A stretch of 64,000 bases of DNA from Dehalococcoidia bacterium (GTDB lineage: Bacteria; Chloroflexota; Dehalococcoidia; SM23-28-2; RBG-16-64-32): positions 1,216,001-1,280,000 of the forward strand of contig CAXXTF010000002.1 in NCBI GenBank assembly GCA_963665775.2, in the 5' to 3' direction. Both the position numbers and the translations under genes were made by a program. Within the stretch, counting starts at the first letter, position 1, and every line of letters starts with the position of its first letter. Positions 60,770 to 64,000 of this stretch are shown here, piece after piece. Below the pieces are notes generated by a model. It was given only the letters and a program-made list of their open reading frames with translations, was not told the origin of the DNA and did no database searches.

Positions 60770-63703
60770 GTGACAGACGAGACAAAGATAGAACTGCGCG
60801 GAGTTGACGGCGACGGTGGAACAAGTATAGACCATCGCTATGACTCCGGTGAGTGGCGCTACCCATCTAATGCCGACGAACCAGCGCCCGCGCCTGACTC
60901 CACACTGCCCGACTTTCTGGACCCGTACTCCAACGGAGAGAGCGCCGGTCTGTCGGCAGAAGACTGCGTTGCGCAGGCGGAGGATATTCTCCGATCCATA
61001 TTTGAAGCCACCGCAGAGACTTCGGTATCGCCCCTGACCCTGCAGCGCCACTTCACCACACCGGGCGTCGACCCCTACGATGAGGTGCGGTGGAAGCTCC
61101 GCACCGCCCTCATCGTAGGGGTCGACGGCACCCCCGTGTTCGAGCAGCGGGAGGTGGAGTTCCCCGTCGCCTGGTCGCAGAACGCGACCAACGTCGTCGC
61201 CTCCAAGTACTTCCGCGGCCCCCTCGTGCCCACCAAGGGCGTCCAGCGGGAGCGCTCCGTCAAGCAGCTCATCGACCGTGTGGTGAACACCCTGACGGAC
61301 TGGGGAAGCCAGGGCGGCTACTTCAGCGGCCCGGAGGAGGCGGAGACCTTCCGCGCGGAGCTGAAGCACATCCTGGTCCAGCAGAAGGCCTGCTTCAACT
61401 CCCCCGTCTGGTTCAACCTGGGGATCGAGGAGAAGCCCCAGTGCTCCGCCTGCTTCATCCTCAGCATCGAGGACGAGATGGACTCCATCCTAGACTGGTA
61501 CAAGACGGAGGGGCGCATCTTCAAGGGCGGCTCCGGCTCCGGCATCAACCTATCGAAGCTGCGCAGCTCCAAGGAGCGGGTCGCCGCCGGCGGCCTCGCC
61601 TCCGGCCCGGTCTCCTTCATGCGCGGCGCCGACGCCATCGCCGGCACGATCAAGTCCGGCGGCAAGACCCGCCGCGCCGCCAAGATGGTCGTCCTCAACG
61701 TCGACCACCCGGACATCGAGGAGTACATCGACTGCAAGAGGAAGGAGGAGCGCAAGGCCTACACCCTGGGCGAGGCGGGCTACGACACCTCCCTGGATGG
61801 CGACGCCTGGATCAGCATCCAGTACCAGAACGCCAACAACTCCGTCCGCGTCACCGAGGAGTTCATGCAGGCCGTCCAGGAGGGCCGGGACTGGCAGACC
61901 CGCCTCGTGAAGTCCGGCGAGGTCTGCGACACCATCCCCGCCCGCGATCTGATGCGCCGGATGGCCCAGGCGGCCTGGGAGTGCGCCGACCCCGGCATCC
62001 AGTACCATACGGAGATCAACGACTGGCACACCTGCCCCAACAGCGGCCCTATCACCGCCTCTAACCCCTGCTCCGAGTACATGCACCTGGACGACAGCGC
62101 CTGCAACCTGGCCTCCATCAACCTGCTCCAGTACGTGGACGAAGCGGGGGCTTTCGACATCGAGGCCTACCGGCACACCGTGGCCGTCCTGATCGCCGCC
62201 CAGGAGATCATCGTCTCCAACTCCTCCTACCCCACGGAGAAGATCCGCCAGAACGCCTTCGACTACCGCCAGCTGGGCCTAGGCTACTCCAACCTGGGCG
62301 CCCTCCTCATGTCCCTAGGCATCCCCTACAACTCCGACGAGGGCCGGGCCTGGGCCAGCGCCCTCAGCGCCATCATGACCGGCCACGCTTACGCCACCTC
62401 CGCCGACATCGCCGCCCGCATGGGCCCCTTCGCCGGTTACGAGCGGAACCGCGAGCCGATGCTGGCCGTCATCGAGAAGCATCGGACGGAGGCCTACGGC
62501 ATCGACGAGGCGGAGCTCCCCACGCCCCTGCTGGCGGCGGCCCGCACCGCCTGGGACGAGGCGCTGGAACGAGGCCGCCAACACGGCTACCGCAACGCCC
62601 AGGCCTCCGTCATCGCCCCCACCGGCACCATCAGCTTCATGATGGACTGTGACACCACCGGCATCGAGCCGGACATCGCCCTCATCAAGTACAAGACCCT
62701 GGTGGGCGGCGGCCTCATGAAGATCGTCAACAACACGGTGCCCCGCGCCCTACGGCGGCTGGGCTACGACGAGGGGCAGGGCGAGGTCATCCTGGCCCAT
62801 ATCGACGCCACCGGCGGCATCGAGGGTGCTCCTGGCCTACGCCCGGAGCACCTGCCGGTGTTCGACTGCGCCTTCAAGCCGCAGAACGGCTCCCGCTACA
62901 TCGACTGGCTGGGGCACATCAAGATGATGGGAGCCGTCCAGCCGTTCATCTCCGGCGCCATCTCCAAGACGGTGAACCTGCCGGAGGAGGCCACCGTGGA
63001 GGAGATCGAGCAGGCGTACACCGAGGGCTGGAGGCAGGGCCTAAAATCCCTGGCCATCTACCGCGACGGCTCCAAGCGGACCCAGGTGCTGAGCACCACG
63101 CGGGAGGCGCCGGACCCGAAGCGTGCGGGCGAACCCACCCGGCGACGGCTGCCGGCCACCCGCGCCTCGATAACCCACAAGTTCTCCATCGAGGGGCACG
63201 AGGGCTACATCACCGCCGGTCTGTACGAGGACCGCTCCCCCGGCGAGATCTTCGTAACCATGGCCAAGGAGGGAAGCACCCTCTCCGGCATGGTGGACGC
63301 CTTCGCCACCTCCATCTCGCTCGCCCTGCAGTACGGCGTGCCCCTGCGCGATCTGGTGAACAAGTTCTCCCACATGCGCTTTGAGCCCTCCGGCCGCACG
63401 GAGAACGGCGAGATCCCCGTGGCCCAGTCCATCGTCGACTACATCTTCCGCTGGCTGGCCTCCCAGTTCCTCAGCGAGGAGGAGAAGGAGGAGTTCGGGG
63501 TGCTCTCGCCCGCTGTGAAGGCGAAGCTGATAGCTCAGGAGCAGATGCAGCCGGTAGCCGGCAGGGCCAACGGCGGCCCCTTCGACCAGGCTCAGGGCAA
63601 ACAGAGCGACGCCCCGCCCTGCTCCAACTGCGGCTGGATCATGATCCGCTGCGGCACCTGCTACCGCTGCGATAACTGCGGCACCACCACCGGCTGCGGC
63701 TAA
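60770..63703 (+). CDS. nrdJ: Class II (B12-dependent) ribonucleotide reductase
   Basis: FNSPVWFN, QCSACF, KTRRAAKM, NPCSEY, APTGTIS, AIYRDGS, TSCPD-like domain, C-terminal zinc ribbon. Confidence 0.96.
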   Translation: MTDETKIELRGVDGDGGTSIDHRYDSGEWRYPSNADEPAPAPDSTLPDFLDPYSNGESAGLSAEDCVAQAEDILRSIFEATAETSVSPLTLQRHFTTPGVDPYDEVRWKLRTALIVGVDGTPVFEQREVEFPVAWSQNATNVVASKYFRGPLVPTKGVQRERSVKQLIDRVVNTLTDWGSQGGYFSGPEEAETFRAELKHILVQQKACFNSPVWFNLGIEEKPQCSACFILSIEDEMDSILDWYKTEGRIFKGGSGSGINLSKLRSSKERVAAGGLASGPVSFMRGADAIAGTIKSGGKTRRAAKMVVLNVDHPDIEEYIDCKRKEERKAYTLGEAGYDTSLDGDAWISIQYQNANNSVRVTEEFMQAVQEGRDWQTRLVKSGEVCDTIPARDLMRRMAQAAWECADPGIQYHTEINDWHTCPNSGPITASNPCSEYMHLDDSACNLASINLLQYVDEAGAFDIEAYRHTVAVLIAAQEIIVSNSSYPTEKIRQNAFDYRQLGLGYSNLGALLMSLGIPYNSDEGRAWASALSAIMTGHAYATSADIAARMGPFAGYERNREPMLAVIEKHRTEAYGIDEAELPTPLLAAARTAWDEALERGRQHGYRNAQASVIAPTGTISFMMDCDTTGIEPDIALIKYKTLVGGGLMKIVNNTVPRALRRLGYDEGQGEVILAHIDATGGIEGAPGLRPEHLPVFDCAFKPQNGSRYIDWLGHIKMMGAVQPFISGAISKTVNLPEEATVEEIEQAYTEGWRQGLKSLAIYRDGSKRTQVLSTTREAPDPKRAGEPTRRRLPATRASITHKFSIEGHEGYITAGLYEDRSPGEIFVTMAKEGSTLSGMVDAFATSISLALQYGVPLRDLVNKFSHMRFEPSGRTENGEIPVAQSIVDYIFRWLASQFLSEEEKEEFGVLSPAVKAKLIAQEQMQPVAGRANGGPFDQAQGKQSDAPPCSNCGWIMIRCGTCYRCDNCGTTTGCG

Positions 63704-63726
63704 TCACGCCACGCCTCCCTTTGCGC

Positions 63727-63766
63727 AGGAGGGGCGCTCCCGGCAGCCGGGGCGCCCCTCCTGTTT
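63727..63766 (+). terminator. Terminator after nrdJ
   Basis: AGGAGGGGCGCTCC...GGGGCGCCCCTCCT followed by GTTT. Confidence 0.75.
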
Positions 63767-64000
63767 CTACCAGACACCCCGCGCAGATATAACCTTTACT
63801 TTACCGGACCCTAACTTTGCGCCCTGTAACGGTTGTCAACTAGCGGCCATCCTAGATTGTTGCCACGCCCCGCGCCTCGGTGCGGTGGGCGAGCGACAGC
63901 GTAATCTGAGTCACTGAACCACACGTATGGTGAAGCTGCGACGAATCCGAAGGCCGCCACTTAGGGGGTGACCCAAGATATCTCTGGTCTCCTCGGTCAG

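Noticed and set aside
60770-63703. Intein or intron in nrdJ
   Set aside because: Catalytic motifs are contiguous; no intein block signatures

Overview
GC-rich (roughly 65% by eye) bacterial chromosomal segment. Gene content and style suggest Chloroflexota, probably Dehalococcoidia (inference). Core genes: ROK kinase; groEL without an adjacent groES, under a perfect CIRCE; gltBD; tldD/tldE; sigK-rskA-like pair; htrA; htpX; ccdA/TlpA; fabH; a four-gene tungsten AOR operon; a Fur-family regulator with a NiCoT transporter; a PyrR-attenuated pyr/car operon; mrp/apbC with a SufR-like regulator; pyrD; tRNA-Pro; a GGDEF/HD-GYP pair; dinB; nrdR-nrdJ with tandem NrdR boxes. No CRISPR array, integrase or transposase was seen. 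Most notable signals: (1) small accessory cassettes inside conserved operons, two of them beside a degenerate copy of the neighbouring host gene end (tldD 3' end, carB 5' end); (2) a probable C-terminal selenocysteine glutaredoxin with a SECIS-like hairpin; (3) a 13-nt homopolymer inside the -35/-10 spacer of a secreted metzincin plus partner cassette; (4) a 44-aa (4x11) repeat protein resembling lipid-binding amphipathic helices; (5) a CTG start, an in-frame amber codon, and tRNA-Gly and larE remnants. All calls come from motif recognition by eye; no searches were run.
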